DNA of 64,000 nt from Lingula anatina. Its lineage: Eukaryota; Animalia; Brachiopoda. Positions 13,440 through 25,411 of this stretch are shown here, piece after piece. Each line of letters starts with the position of its first letter. Positions within the stretch are counted from its first letter, which is position 1. The notes beneath the pieces were generated by a model. The model made no database searches. It saw nothing but the letters and a program-made list of their open reading frames with translations, and was not told where the DNA came from. The DNA is taken from NCBI GenBank assembly GCA_051362555.1, contig CM120641.1, forward strand, positions 41,856,401 to 41,920,400, read 5' to 3'. The position numbers and the translations under genes are program-made.

Positions 13440-15776
13440 CTATCCAAATACATAATGATAGTTTATTTGTGTTTTCATTTTTCTTTCTGTCTATCTATCC
13501 ATTCATTCTTTTATTCACCCATCTGTCCATCCTTGTTTCCATCTATATATTTATCTATTTAATACATTCCTTTATCTATTTGTTTTCTTGTCCAATATTA
13601 CTTTTGCCTTCATTTAGAAAAAGGATTACAGATAAAGTACATCACATTTGTAGTTATTCGGTCACTGTGTGAGTATTATTTCTGTATTCGCTGCTTCGAT
13701 TGAGGAACTCTGCAGCCATATCAAGTTAAAAGCAATTATAATTATGCAACAAATACAATTGTTCCTCTGAAAAAACTGCACTCGAGCAATGAATAAAAAA
13801 ACACTATGGTCCTGTATTGGAACTACATGTAAGAAAAGATTATTTGACGAGAAAAAAAGCCACACGTAATTCAATTATATTTTGCCTTAGTTTGCATGTA
13901 AATACATTTAACTTATTGGACGGTGAAAGGCACGCGCGTGTGATACCGTCGTATCTGCGCATATTGTAACTATACGACGGGTGCCCCATTCGTTTGAAGT
14001 AATGTAATTACAACTTAGATAAACACCACTCTTTGTACAAGCTATACGTGCTTTTAAGAGACAAACAAAATAACTGGTTTATCCAGATAGTGGTGGAGAG
14101 AGTGGGTGGTGTGAACAAATTCAAGATGGAAATTGTCCGTTTTATGGTTCAGAGTAATTTAAATTGATTTAATCCGCTAATGTAGATACTGTGAACTCTG
14201 ATTAGGAACGCATTCTTTAAAGTACATGTATCTTATCTGGAATTTTCCAGCCAAATCGAATTTACCTCGAAAATTTTTTTTTCTTAACAAATAACTTAGT
14301 TCTGAATTACTGGTCAGTCACTCAGACAGACTGCCACATGCAAATTATATTTTCCTGTAAATTTCATAAAGAAATAGCGACATCAGGTACTTTTATTTAA
14401 GGCCTTTTACCATTTATCAGGTCCGACGTGGGGGAAGATAAGCAGCTTAAAATGAAATGTAGACATAGAGAATAAGACTTTGGGATATTTCAAACCCGGA
14501 TAATACATGTATGCCTTTAATTTTCACAACCAATGCCACGGGTATTTGATGGAACTGGGCAAATGGTAGCGCACGCACACACTCACAAACACCCACACCC
14601 ATACAAACAGAGAGAGAGAAGGCACGTGTATCATATCTCCTAACAAATGAACCTCCACATTCTGGACAAGGGCATGCTATTTAAAAAAATGCATGTACAC
14701 GTGAATGGAAACTTTAACACAGCCATCTAACACATAAACACCCCTTACACTGTCAACCTTTCACACCAAGAAAATTACTATGACCCAACATCATAATAAA
14801 TCAACCGGGAAAATCGCGGTGAAAAGTGAAAATATGAAAAATATCAAATGTGAGTGGTACTCATTAATGGTTGAAAATATAATCATATTAAATTATAAAA
14901 ATGGGATACGTGGGCAATAAAATATTTAAACGTCTATCGAGCCTATAAATCATCTAGGAATTGTTTACAGCAATTGTGTAACAACACCCAGTGTTAATTT
15001 CTATGTCTGCGCGCTTGTCTTCTGTATTTATCTGATATTTTATGTTATTAATGCTCTCTAACTCCATTTTCAATTTTTCAATCTACGAATTTTTAATTTA
15101 TATATCTTTTTATTCACTAACATAAATATGCTGACTGATTTACCTTTTAAGCAGTTATTTATCCATACATATAATTCTATATTTATTATTAATTTGTCCA
15201 TCTTTTTTTACTAAATTAGTTATTCACTCATTTATTAATTCATATTTCTACTAATTTAAGTATTAACTAATTTAACTATTAACTAATTTAACTATTAACT
15301 AATTTCCAATTCAGTAATTAATTCATTATCTTATCAAGTATTTTCAACTTGTTGTCTGGATATTTTTTATTTATTCAGTTATGCAATTTTCTATCTATCT
15401 ACCTATCTATTCATTCTTCTTTCTATTTTAGTTCATTAATTTATTTATTTAAAAATATTTTACTATATCACTAAGAACATATATTTCGACTATAGCGAAT
15501 GGTATAATTATAGAGGTCCACTTTATTCATTTCTCGCGGCAAATGGGAGTTAAGATATTCGACATACAGAGCATAAACATAGTCAATATATTTGTGCCAT
15601 TTCAAGTGTCCCCTAGAGGATGCAGATAAAAGGGCAAATCAGCTGCTGTGATAGTTTAAATCTTGATTTGATATTGATACTTAATAGCTCGAAGTAAGAG
15701 TTACATGTAGTGATATTTCATCAGGCTTTTATTGCAATCGCGTAATGATTATAAACCCTCTCTCTCCCACCCTCCC

Positions 15777-15779
<3 letters not shown>

Positions 15780-15832
<53 letters not shown>
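15780..15832. repeat. (GT)n microsatellite
   Basis: Direct reading. Confidence 0.95.
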
Positions 15833-18800
15833 CAGCCTCTACCCAATGTGCATTACTATTCCGCCTTCCTTTCAAATATCCACTTTAAACTCTACTGTAA
15901 ACACTCACAGGGACTACAAGTGCGAGTTCATGTGGTGACATCATAACGTTTACTTCCTGGAGATAGACTTGAACTAGCTAGGTCAAGCTAACTCCGATGT
16001 GAACGGCCCTTAGGCTAGAGGTTATAAGGTATTCCATGTGTATCTCGGAATCGTTTCACGAAAAATAATCCTTCGCCTGATTCTTTATTTGAGCATGTGC
16101 AGTACTTATTATCGCCACGAGTTAATTTGCGAAACTCCACATTTCCAAATAATATTAACATGTTGAATTAAACTTTTGACACCGGAATTCGCAGCGTTAT
16201 TGTTATCACTGACATTAAAATCAAAGATAAAATCGGAACTTATTCATAAAGTTAATACTCTGTTAGTTTTGAGGTGCGTTATGCATAACACACGCATAAA
16301 AATATAACAAAGACTCTATAATGAATGCTGACATTTACAAGTCATGATGCATGTAGTTCTCCCAAGTGCGGTTTACATATTTACAAAGTGATAAATTACT
16401 CACTGTTATGAGACCACTGTTGGAAACAGAACATGTAATAGATACCGAATTAATTACCGTACTTGTTTTGTTTTCAAGAAATAAATAAGAATTAGAACAC
16501 TGAAGTAACAAATACGACTTGTACATTGTAGCCTATATAGACACAAATACATAGACAGGCATGCATGCACGAGAGCAAACACATTATGGGCAAACCCACA
16601 AGTGTTACTTGGAGTGCCTTTAACCTTCCTATGGTGTTTTATTAACTTTTTTCAAGGCGATCGAGAATTCCGCCCCAAACATTGCTCAGTCAAGCATACA
16701 CATTTCCAGCCAGACTTTTTTAATATATGAAACTACCATCTTCTCTGTCAAAAGTTCGCCACGATTTGGCCAAGAAATTAATTTGGTTGAACTAATCGGC
16801 AAATCATTAAAACACAAGTGTGAGCTCTGACTAGATTTGCCAGGGGATATGAAGTGGCCTCTTGGTAAAACAAGCCATGCTTTTCAATATAAATAATGAC
16901 TCTTCCTTAATAGTCGTACACTGGGGAAATGTATTATTTGATTACGATTGCAGTGTTATGCTTTTATGAGGTAAAGAATGAAGTTATACGCCTAATGTCA
17001 CCAAGGAGGACCAATGTAGAGCATACACAAAGGAACATCATCAGTATAATGAATACTTTGTGCAGTAGAAATATATTGTAAGGTTATCCTTTAATTCTAA
17101 TTGCACGGCATATCGGAAAGGGGTTACAAGGCCTATTCACAAAAGGGATAACCTGATATAGTCTATAACGAAACTGTCAGCAGTAAGTGACGTCATACGA
17201 GACACGAAAGTTAGAGCGCCGAGAATTTCTTCTTTAAAAGCAAAACCAGGCCTTTTAAACGAAAATTGCCGTTTTCTAACACCAGCATTATATTTGGGAA
17301 CACAAATGCACAAATTAACGACACGAATTTTTATTGTTAAAACAATCCCAACGAAGAATTACTTGCCACAAGCTTGGCGTTTCATTACACAAGCAATTTG
17401 GCCAGCTTCCATCCGTCTCTGGCTATATGCTTAGGTCCCCTACGGGTTCTTTTTATACAGCAGCAATTTGGAGTCAAAGCTTGAACACAAAATTAATTAA
17501 CTGTTGTGCAATGGACTGTAATTCTACTGAACGAGACAGGAAACCATGGAAATATTCGTTGCCGCAGGGCCCGACACTAGCCCTTTTTTTTCTGTCTGTT
17601 CTACCCCCAAATCCTTCAAAACCTCGCTTGATTTTACGCTGAGCAGCAAGACTGTGGGCTATCTCGGATCTCGGATGATCCCCATTACTAGACACGAAGC
17701 TGCTACGATACCTGCCCCTCTTTCTTTCTCTCATTCTCTCTTGTACATGCACCGTAGTTTTGCTTTCAAGAAAAGAGCATCCTGAATCACGAAAAACAAG
17801 CTGCGTATTCAATACGTTTTGATCAGTGTCTTTATTCAGAAAAGTAAATACCACGCAATGAAGTAAATCTGAGCCTGAAATATGGCTTGACTGTAGGTAT
17901 AAAAGGTAAAAGCACACAAAACACCCAGCTTTTTATTTAGGGTCAGAGAACCTGCCTTGAAGGGGTCTTATTCCATCACTAGAAGGATGATTCTAAATGC
18001 TATCATGTGCGGCGAAGCTGCTGTGAATATATCTTTCTGAGCATTTACGTCAAAAATGATTAACTTCAAAGAATTTCCCTTAATAAAAACCGAATGAGAA
18101 GAATTGTTCGTATTCGCAAAAAAACACAAAGTTGGACTAAATCTAGCGAAGGAGGATGGCACACATACACATTAACGGATATATCTTTTGCTTAAAATGT
18201 TTGAGATATTAAACCCATCAGGTAATACATGTAAAAAGCACGTTTTACACATCTACAGGTAAGGTTACTATAGATCAAATAACTTTTCTACGATTCCATT
18301 TCTACCAGAAAAAAAATCCAAACTCATACGCGAAGCTTATATCGCAAAAACCATATTTGAATACCAACGAATTAAATAACACATTATTTATTTATGTATG
18401 TATTGCATAAGATGCTCATGCATTATTTACACGTGCTCACATTTGGAAGGTGCGTTATTGACTTGGATATTCAATAAAAGCAATATGTTTAGCCATATGC
18501 CTTCATATTTACTTTGCAATTACGCTATGTTTAACACTGCCGAGGAAGTTCATAAAGGAAATGGAAAAAATGATGCATGCAGAAGGCGGGTAAAAAGGAC
18601 TAAAACATATAAATAATGGAAGTTGGGCCTCTGAATTTGGCTGTGACTTATCACCCGTTATGCACAGTGCACCTGTAGCTCGCAGTGTCCATCGCAATGT
18701 TGCTGTCTGTAGGCCCACAGGTCATAAGTACCCTTAATTCCAGAAATAGCTAGCATTTATTTACCTAAGACTAACAAGTCACTTAACAATAGTTGTGTTA

Positions 18801-19847
18801 GATCGGACAGGTGGGAGGGGGGGGGGGGTTGAGGCAGAACAGATGGATTTGCAAAACACAACTGATCAAGTGAAGATCAATAGTTGGCGTTAAGCCGTGA
18901 CCGTGGTCGTATTGTGTTGGGTTGGTGTTTTCAATGTAGTAAATTGATGATGCATTTGCGAGAGCTTTTAGAGTTGCATTGTTCCGTAGATATCAAATTA
19001 CAAGTGCTCTACTGGCAAAAAAAAACTGTTTTAACATACTGTTTCTGTGAAAGGCATGCCGCAGAGAGTCATTGAACTGCACATTAGAAAATCAGTCGAC
19101 CCTTACTGAAAGATCGCACCGAGTAAAATCGAACAATCTTCAGTGTGAACTTAATAGAACAATCAGCAAGTTAATACCCAAAACGGGTTTCCGTTACACG
19201 GAAGTCTACTCACACAAAGTAACAAAACAAGGGGAATTGTGTAGGTTTGCCTCTGTAACCATATCAAATAAAAATAATAAATCACGCAATGATAATTCCG
19301 TAGACGGCCTCTCAAAAAATTATCATTTGATACAGTGAGTAAGCTACAGCTAATTGACGACATGCGCTGTTACCAGTAAACGCATCACATACCAGCACTG
19401 TGTAAATATATGTTTTAGTCTGTCTATATTAACGTTGTGAAAATTTGCAAAAGTATGTGGCGTGATTCGTATGATATGTTTGTGAACGTATCGACTGTGC
19501 ACGATTAAACCCATGCTCGTAACAAGGATGTGCCAATTGTAAACAGGTAAAGGGAAGCATTTTAGAACCAATGTGATACGAATGGCGGTTATTCGTGACC
19601 AAGTTCAATGCAAGCAATTGTTGTGAGGTGTTTATATAGTGTGATCAGTTAGTGACATAATAAGTCGTGAAATTGGGTTCTCGCACAAAAATGTCTTTTT
19701 GTGGGTAATTTATTATTTTTTACCAATTCTGCCAGCACAAATAACGTAATCTCACCTCAACATGCTCATCTTAGCTCGCCAAACGATCCCTTTAACCTGA
19801 ACAAAGTAGGGTAAAAAGCACTCCTCAGTGAGTTTTTTTTTACTTAC

Positions 19848-20003
19848 TCTGTCGTGATCGGGCTCAGCGTGGGCCTCCACTGCGACAATTGACGCACCAA
19901 GACTGGCAAATATTCCGGCCGTATAAGTAGGCTGTGAGCCCGATGCGGTGTAAGGACTGGACTCGCTTGACATGCCAAACAGGCGGGCAGTTTGGAGAGC
20001 CAT
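19848..20003 (-). CDS. candidate alternative first exon of the pLGIC gene (MALQTARLFG...AHAEPDHDR, 52 codons)
   Basis: atcATGg Kozak, upstream in-frame stop, donor AGA|gtaagt in phase 0, GC-rich. Confidence 0.5.
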
Positions 20004-20467
20004 GATGACCGCAAAAATACCTTATGCCCCCAACTTGGTGTCAAAAAAATCTGTCTTCGCAGAAAAATCAAACAAACAAAAGAGAAATACCAAACGCACG
20101 TCAGTCTGCGTTCACCGCGGCTCGCTCGCCCTACGCCGACTCCATTTTTACTCCCATAAAGAATATAGGGTCGGTTATGTTTCACGGCCCAAGATGCATA
20201 GATAATATATATATATCCTAACTCATTTGAACAGATGTGTGTTATTTATATTTTACATATCATACAAAGCATGAGGTGGCTCAAGAGAGGAAGCGAGATG
20301 CTCTCTGCAGACAAAACCTGCCGTTCCGCCAACGTAGGCAGAAAATAGACGCGAGTCATATGGACGTGTTTATTTTTACTCCCCTATAGAAGCCCGTTAA
20401 CAAATCACCTGCCGAAGGACTAACAACTTGCGGCAGGCTGCCTAGCATCTTATTTTGTTCACCTTAC

Positions 20468-20611
20468 CTTCGGTTTGACTGGTTTTGGTATGAAGTGACC
20501 GAACGCTCCCAGCATCCCCGACCCGGGGTCCTGGCTGTCGTCTGCTCCCAAACTTGTGAAGGACTGGAGGGTGAGGCGCGCGCTGTGACCCGTCAACGCC
20601 GCGGTTGCCAT
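20468..20611 (-). CDS. candidate alternative first exon of the pLGIC gene (MATAALTG...FIPKPVKPK, 48 codons)
   Basis: accATGg Kozak, donor AAG|gtaagg in phase 0, CpG-rich island; below ORF-track cutoff. Confidence 0.6.
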
Positions 20612-21626
20612 GGTGATTTTTAGAAGAAAACCCTACCAGCAGACGTCTGAGCCCCCGTCAGCTGCTGGGCGCGAAAATAATACCTTCACGTGGATATTCT
20701 CACGCTCGCTCCCGAGAAAAACGAGGCAGTCTACCTGTTGTTGGACATCAACCATGTGTGCTTTTATCGTTGCCTACCAATCAGTCCCTTCCAAGTATTA
20801 CGTTTCACCAAAATATCTTCTATACACAGATTTTTTTCCTCAGCACGCCACTTACGTTGAATTTGCCCAACTGTTACGTATTATCATTGAAAGCATAGTT
20901 GCAGTTCATCAAGTTTTGCTGACATATGACTGTAAAAATCAATACCCAATGCCCGCTCTTAATGCTGTCGGCTGTAATCAATTATTAAACCATAGTTGTG
21001 ATTAATCTGGCGATCGCGAGAGAATTTGTTTGGGACTTCACTATCGTTTCTGTAAATATGTAACATATTGGCTTTTGAAGTCATTTTGCCGGTATTTATT
21101 TACCCAAGAGACAGCACCAACGCAATCAAAGTGCCCGTAAAATATCCTTCGTTACAAAAAAATGTGGTTTTATGGGAGGAAATCTGTTGGGGACAGTAGG
21201 TGTATCGAGAGAGGGGGGGGGTCGGAAGAGAGAGAGAGAGAGAAATAAAGATGACAAGTTGAATATTATGTACAAAATAACCAAAATATATACAAATTTG
21301 AAAAGGTAGGAAATATTTTCTCTTGGCCACAATACTGACAGAGATTTATGTAATCGTGAACCATTGGTGACAAAAAATGATAACCACAACACATAAAATG
21401 TGTCAAACATAGGTCCTTATTTTAGCCATTTCTCTGTACGTCCGCACATGGCGGGGGTGGGGGTCGGGGGGTGGGGGTGGGGAAGAGATCGTAAAAGAGG
21501 GCCTATATCAATGTAATGATGTCGTGTATACACCATTGAAGCAGATTCTTCCAAAGGCTGCTAAAATGTTAATTTTTTTCCTTTGTATTTTTTGTTAAAA
21601 ATTTTATTATTATTATTTTATTTATC

Positions 21627-21666
<40 letters not shown>

Positions 21667-21832
21667 TTTTTTTGCATTTTGATAATTTTCAAATATCTTA
21701 AAACTGGTGCTGGTCTTCGTACCATCAGATGGGAGACCAGCTAAACAGAAACCTTGTGACACCATTCTAACTAACTTTGTAGAAGCAGCAATAGCGTTGG
21801 ATAACAAGAATTGGAGGCATGTGGTTGATAGG

Positions 21833-21867
21833 GACTAGACTAGACTAGACTAGACTAGACTAGACTA
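21833..21867. repeat. (GACTA)7 pentanucleotide microsatellite
   Basis: Direct reading. Confidence 0.95.
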
Positions 21868-22117
21868 TAAACTGTAGTCAGAAAGGAAGGAGGGGGAGAA
21901 GGAATGACAAAATATAAAAAAACGACTCAAGAAACGACTCAACTGCCATAGTGTTATGAGACATAGGTGGCATACCATACATTATATCAAAATATCTTTC
22001 AAGTGCCCCCTACTCTAATGAGAGAAGAAAAAATTAGCTGAGACTCTGTGCTGAGTAAAAACTCATTCCTTGGTTAAAATACAAGACAGACACGCAACAC
22101 AGAGTAAATGCACTTAC

Positions 22118-22267
22118 TGGTTCTGGACGCATAACATCCCCATAGTGGCTATGGCGGTCATCCTCAAATTCAAAGGACGAGGCTCCCAGATTCGCCCGTT
22201 TGTCCTGCGGTCCGTCATCCTGAATCCTGGGAGCCATAGCGGGGATCCCGTAGATAGCCGCCTGCAT
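22118..22267 (-). CDS. candidate alternative first exon of the pLGIC gene (MQAAIYGIPA...DVMRPEP, 50 codons)
   Basis: acgATG, donor CCA|gtaagt in phase 0, CpG-rich upstream region 22270-22520. Confidence 0.6.
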
Positions 22268-23791
22268 CGTCCCAAACGATCACCTCAGTGAATCGTAGTA
22301 GTAAAACTTCGGCCGGAGGTTAGAATACGGCATTTCCTGCCGCCCGCGCGGTTCTAACTCCCCTCACGCGTGGCGATAGAGGGTCAGTTATTACAATCCA
22401 ACAGTGCCGGAACTCTGAGAGCACAGGTAGATCGATCGGTGCAGTGCACGTCCGTTTTTCGCCGATCTTCCCGATTAGACCGCTCCGTTTAGAATTTCCC
22501 CGGTCTGCACCCTGCGTTAATGGCTTTATATTTTTAAGTACAGGTCCCTCGTATAAAAGTAAACCTCGGGCTTAGGTATCACAGGTTGTTTCTTGATTTC
22601 TCGGCCTAGGATCGTCAATACGTGCCCGCGGAGAAAGAGCAAGGTTGCAGCATGATTGAAGAGCTTTCCCTGATTCATATAAATCAGCTCACCTGCTAAC
22701 TTCTCGCGTATGAAAGTCTAACAGGTCATTTCCTAAGCACGCCGTGCGAGCCTCAAGTGGATATTGTGGAAATTAGGATATTGCTAACGGACGTGGCCTA
22801 ACTTTCCTTAAATAATCGGGTGTGTGGTGATATTTTAATGTGGTTTGCGCACAGGTTGAGTCAAACACGCGTATACTTAATACGAACAGCTGATTAATCT
22901 TAATGCTGTCAGTCTCTCACATCCCATAAAGCGTCCAACACGAGCGAGTGGCAGCAATCGACCAGAAATATCTCAGCCGACGTCGCACCAACAGCATTCA
23001 CATTTCTATTACAATGTATTTGCGATTTGGAGTCTTTTTTTTTTTTTCGGTTCCCGTTTTTTTATGCGCAACGGATGTCTGTATCCATCCCTGATAATAA
23101 GCTAGCAAAGAAGATACATATTTTTTTTAGGAGTGGGGTTTAAGTGCAAGAAAAAATGATTAAGGGGTTGGATCCCGATAAGAATTTGTACACAAACTGT
23201 AAGAAAAAAATAACATTGTGAACTAGTACAGCAAAAATGGGTTAGCGAGATCTTCTCTGGAGAATTAGTGTTACGGTCACCAAATGATGTTGCTTTGGTT
23301 GCGTTGAAATGGGTTATAGACAGCCCTTCATAAAAAAAACATATATGAGGTATATCATGACATTTACGCACGTATGCGTGCTGGCAAGCATGCACGCGAG
23401 CAAGCACACAGACTAAAAGGTTTAATTTGCACAAAAAGTTTTAATTTTTCAATCTCAAGCTGTGTTTTCACTTATTTATTAGTGTCTAATGATAACAAAA
23501 AACACGTCCATTACCCTTACTCTTTATGGCGATCTACAGGCAGGTCAACTCAGGCCAGTTCAATTTATCACTTGTAAATGGAACATGCAAATGTACTGTA
23601 TAATGTTCGAAGTAAGTCATATAGTAAATAGGTGTGGCCGTTATTTACTTAATAGTAGAGTAAAGAGATTTCGCTTTGGAGTGTTGGAGCTGTTTTGGCC
23701 AGTAGTAAAAACGTACAACTAGGTCAAGACCACCCGTTAATTTACCACTCTGCCGATTCACTTCCAAACTGACAGAAAAGATCAACGCATA

Positions 23792-24343
23792 ATGTCTTCC
23801 AGTCGAGCGGAACAATACGAGGTTCACAAGGGAGAGATACAGGGATTTCTGCTCTTTGTGGTCAGCCACGCCTTAGGGATTTACTTCGCCCCCGCCGTCC
23901 CAACTCTTCTTACCCTTACGGACAGACTGGTGTTCACCATACGCTGGCAGTTTCTTTCCAGCATACTGCTACTGGCATCTATTATTGTGTGTGCGCGAAA
24001 ACGTTTTCATACACCGGCCATTGATCCAACGTCGAGGGAAGGAGCCCGTTACGTCGACGTACACGTCAGGGTGATCCAAAACACCCTAGAACAACTTGTG
24101 GTCAACACGTTCGGAATTTTAATGTTAACAACATATTTGACACAAGAGATGATGAAGGTCATTCCAGTAATGGTGATCCTCTTTATCACCGCCAGAATTT
24201 TGTTTTGGGTTGGTTATGTGATGTCACCTCTTAAAAGAGCGACTGGAATGTCCATGACGTTTTTCTGCACCCTCGCACCGTACGCGTACTGCGTTTTCTG
24301 TATGGTGTATTATGGTCCGGGATATGGGCTTACCGGACACTGA
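23792..24343 (+). CDS. MAPEG-superfamily membrane protein, TMEM79-like, single coding exon, 183 aa
   Basis: Four hydrophobic segments; motifs RF.TPAIDP, RVIQNTLEQ and F..ARILFWVGY typical of MAPEG/TMEM79-like proteins. Confidence 0.85.
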   Translation: MSSSRAEQYEVHKGEIQGFLLFVVSHALGIYFAPAVPTLLTLTDRLVFTIRWQFLSSILLLASIIVCARKRFHTPAIDPTSREGARYVDVHVRVIQNTLEQLVVNTFGILMLTTYLTQEMMKVIPVMVILFITARILFWVGYVMSPLKRATGMSMTFFCTLAPYAYCVFCMVYYGPGYGLTGH

Positions 24344-25218
24344 CAACACAACCTTTACACTTAAGTGTAGACAGGATATCTGTACACATTGGGTAAACTC
24401 ACATAATTAATGAGTCTGGGCCACACCTGATAACTCCGCACAGCCGCACGCTTTTTATCCCATGTGCATGTACGTTTTCAGCAGGATACAGTTCGCAGTT
24501 TTCATAATATTATCTTTTATTACTCCCAAGCCAGCATAAACTTATTCAACCTAGTGAAACTAGATACGTTGTTAAATTTGCTACAGTGATGTTTTAGAAT
24601 ATTCAGACGTTTTATAGCATTTACATAAAGCTGGAAATCGTGGCATTTTTAATGCGCATTCTGGAAACATTTTTTTCATATACATTGTATTCTGATTTGC
24701 AATCATAATTATGGTAACTCAGGACTTGCATTGCGTAATAATTGAACTTTGAAAAGACGAAATGTTTCTACCACTAGTAAAGGCTTTATTTTTTATCTTA
24801 TCTTTATTTTACAGTATGAAAAATACGGTTGAGTTTTAAAGTCATGTTTTGATAATTTACCTGAGCCAAACGATAAAGAAAGAAAGCTGTATAAATGAAT
24901 CACAATGAAAAAATAACAAAATCAAATATCCGGAATATGTTAGTCTACATTAAAATATTTTCCTTGTCACAGAGCCACGTAGATTTACGATGACTAAATT
25001 GTTTGCAACTCTCGTTATTCAGGACGTCTTTCTATAATTTAATCTACTTCTGAGGATGTCTATAGACCTCTTATTGTCACTGTGAAACTAAGACTGGATT
25101 TTATAATACCATGGTCTGACTTGTAATTGTTCGAGCTAGATCTACATAATATTAAAGTTAATCAACTTACACACTGCACTTGTTTTTTTATATGGGATGA
25201 TAGCAACGGTAACCTCTA

Positions 25219-25350
25219 TGACGTAACTGTTTTACACTTTATTTCCCTTTATGACGTCAAATGCGACTTTGCGTCACGTATGACACATCTAACGTCTATA
25301 TGCTGAGCGTTTTGCACGTTTTACGTCACAAGCAACCGTGTTTTATATAT
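25219..25350 (+). promoter_or_regulatory. promoter: cluster of CRE/ATF-type sites plus TATA box
   Basis: TGACGTAA 25219-25226, TGACGTCA 25252-25259, TGCGTCA 25270-25276, TTACGTCA 25321-25328, TATATAT 25344-25350, ~60 bp upstream of the signal-peptide ATG at 25412. Confidence 0.6.
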
Positions 25351-25411
25351 CCCAGAATCCTCGCTTCCCAGTCTCCCTAGAAACATCACTATAATGGCTG
25401 CCCGGTAAACA

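Noticed and set aside
17474-17917. 147-aa minus ORF with KR-GFEGFGG-R...RKKR suggesting a neuropeptide precursor
   Set aside because: No signal peptide or true ATG start, single motif copy, no convincing exon partner; kept only as weak possibility.
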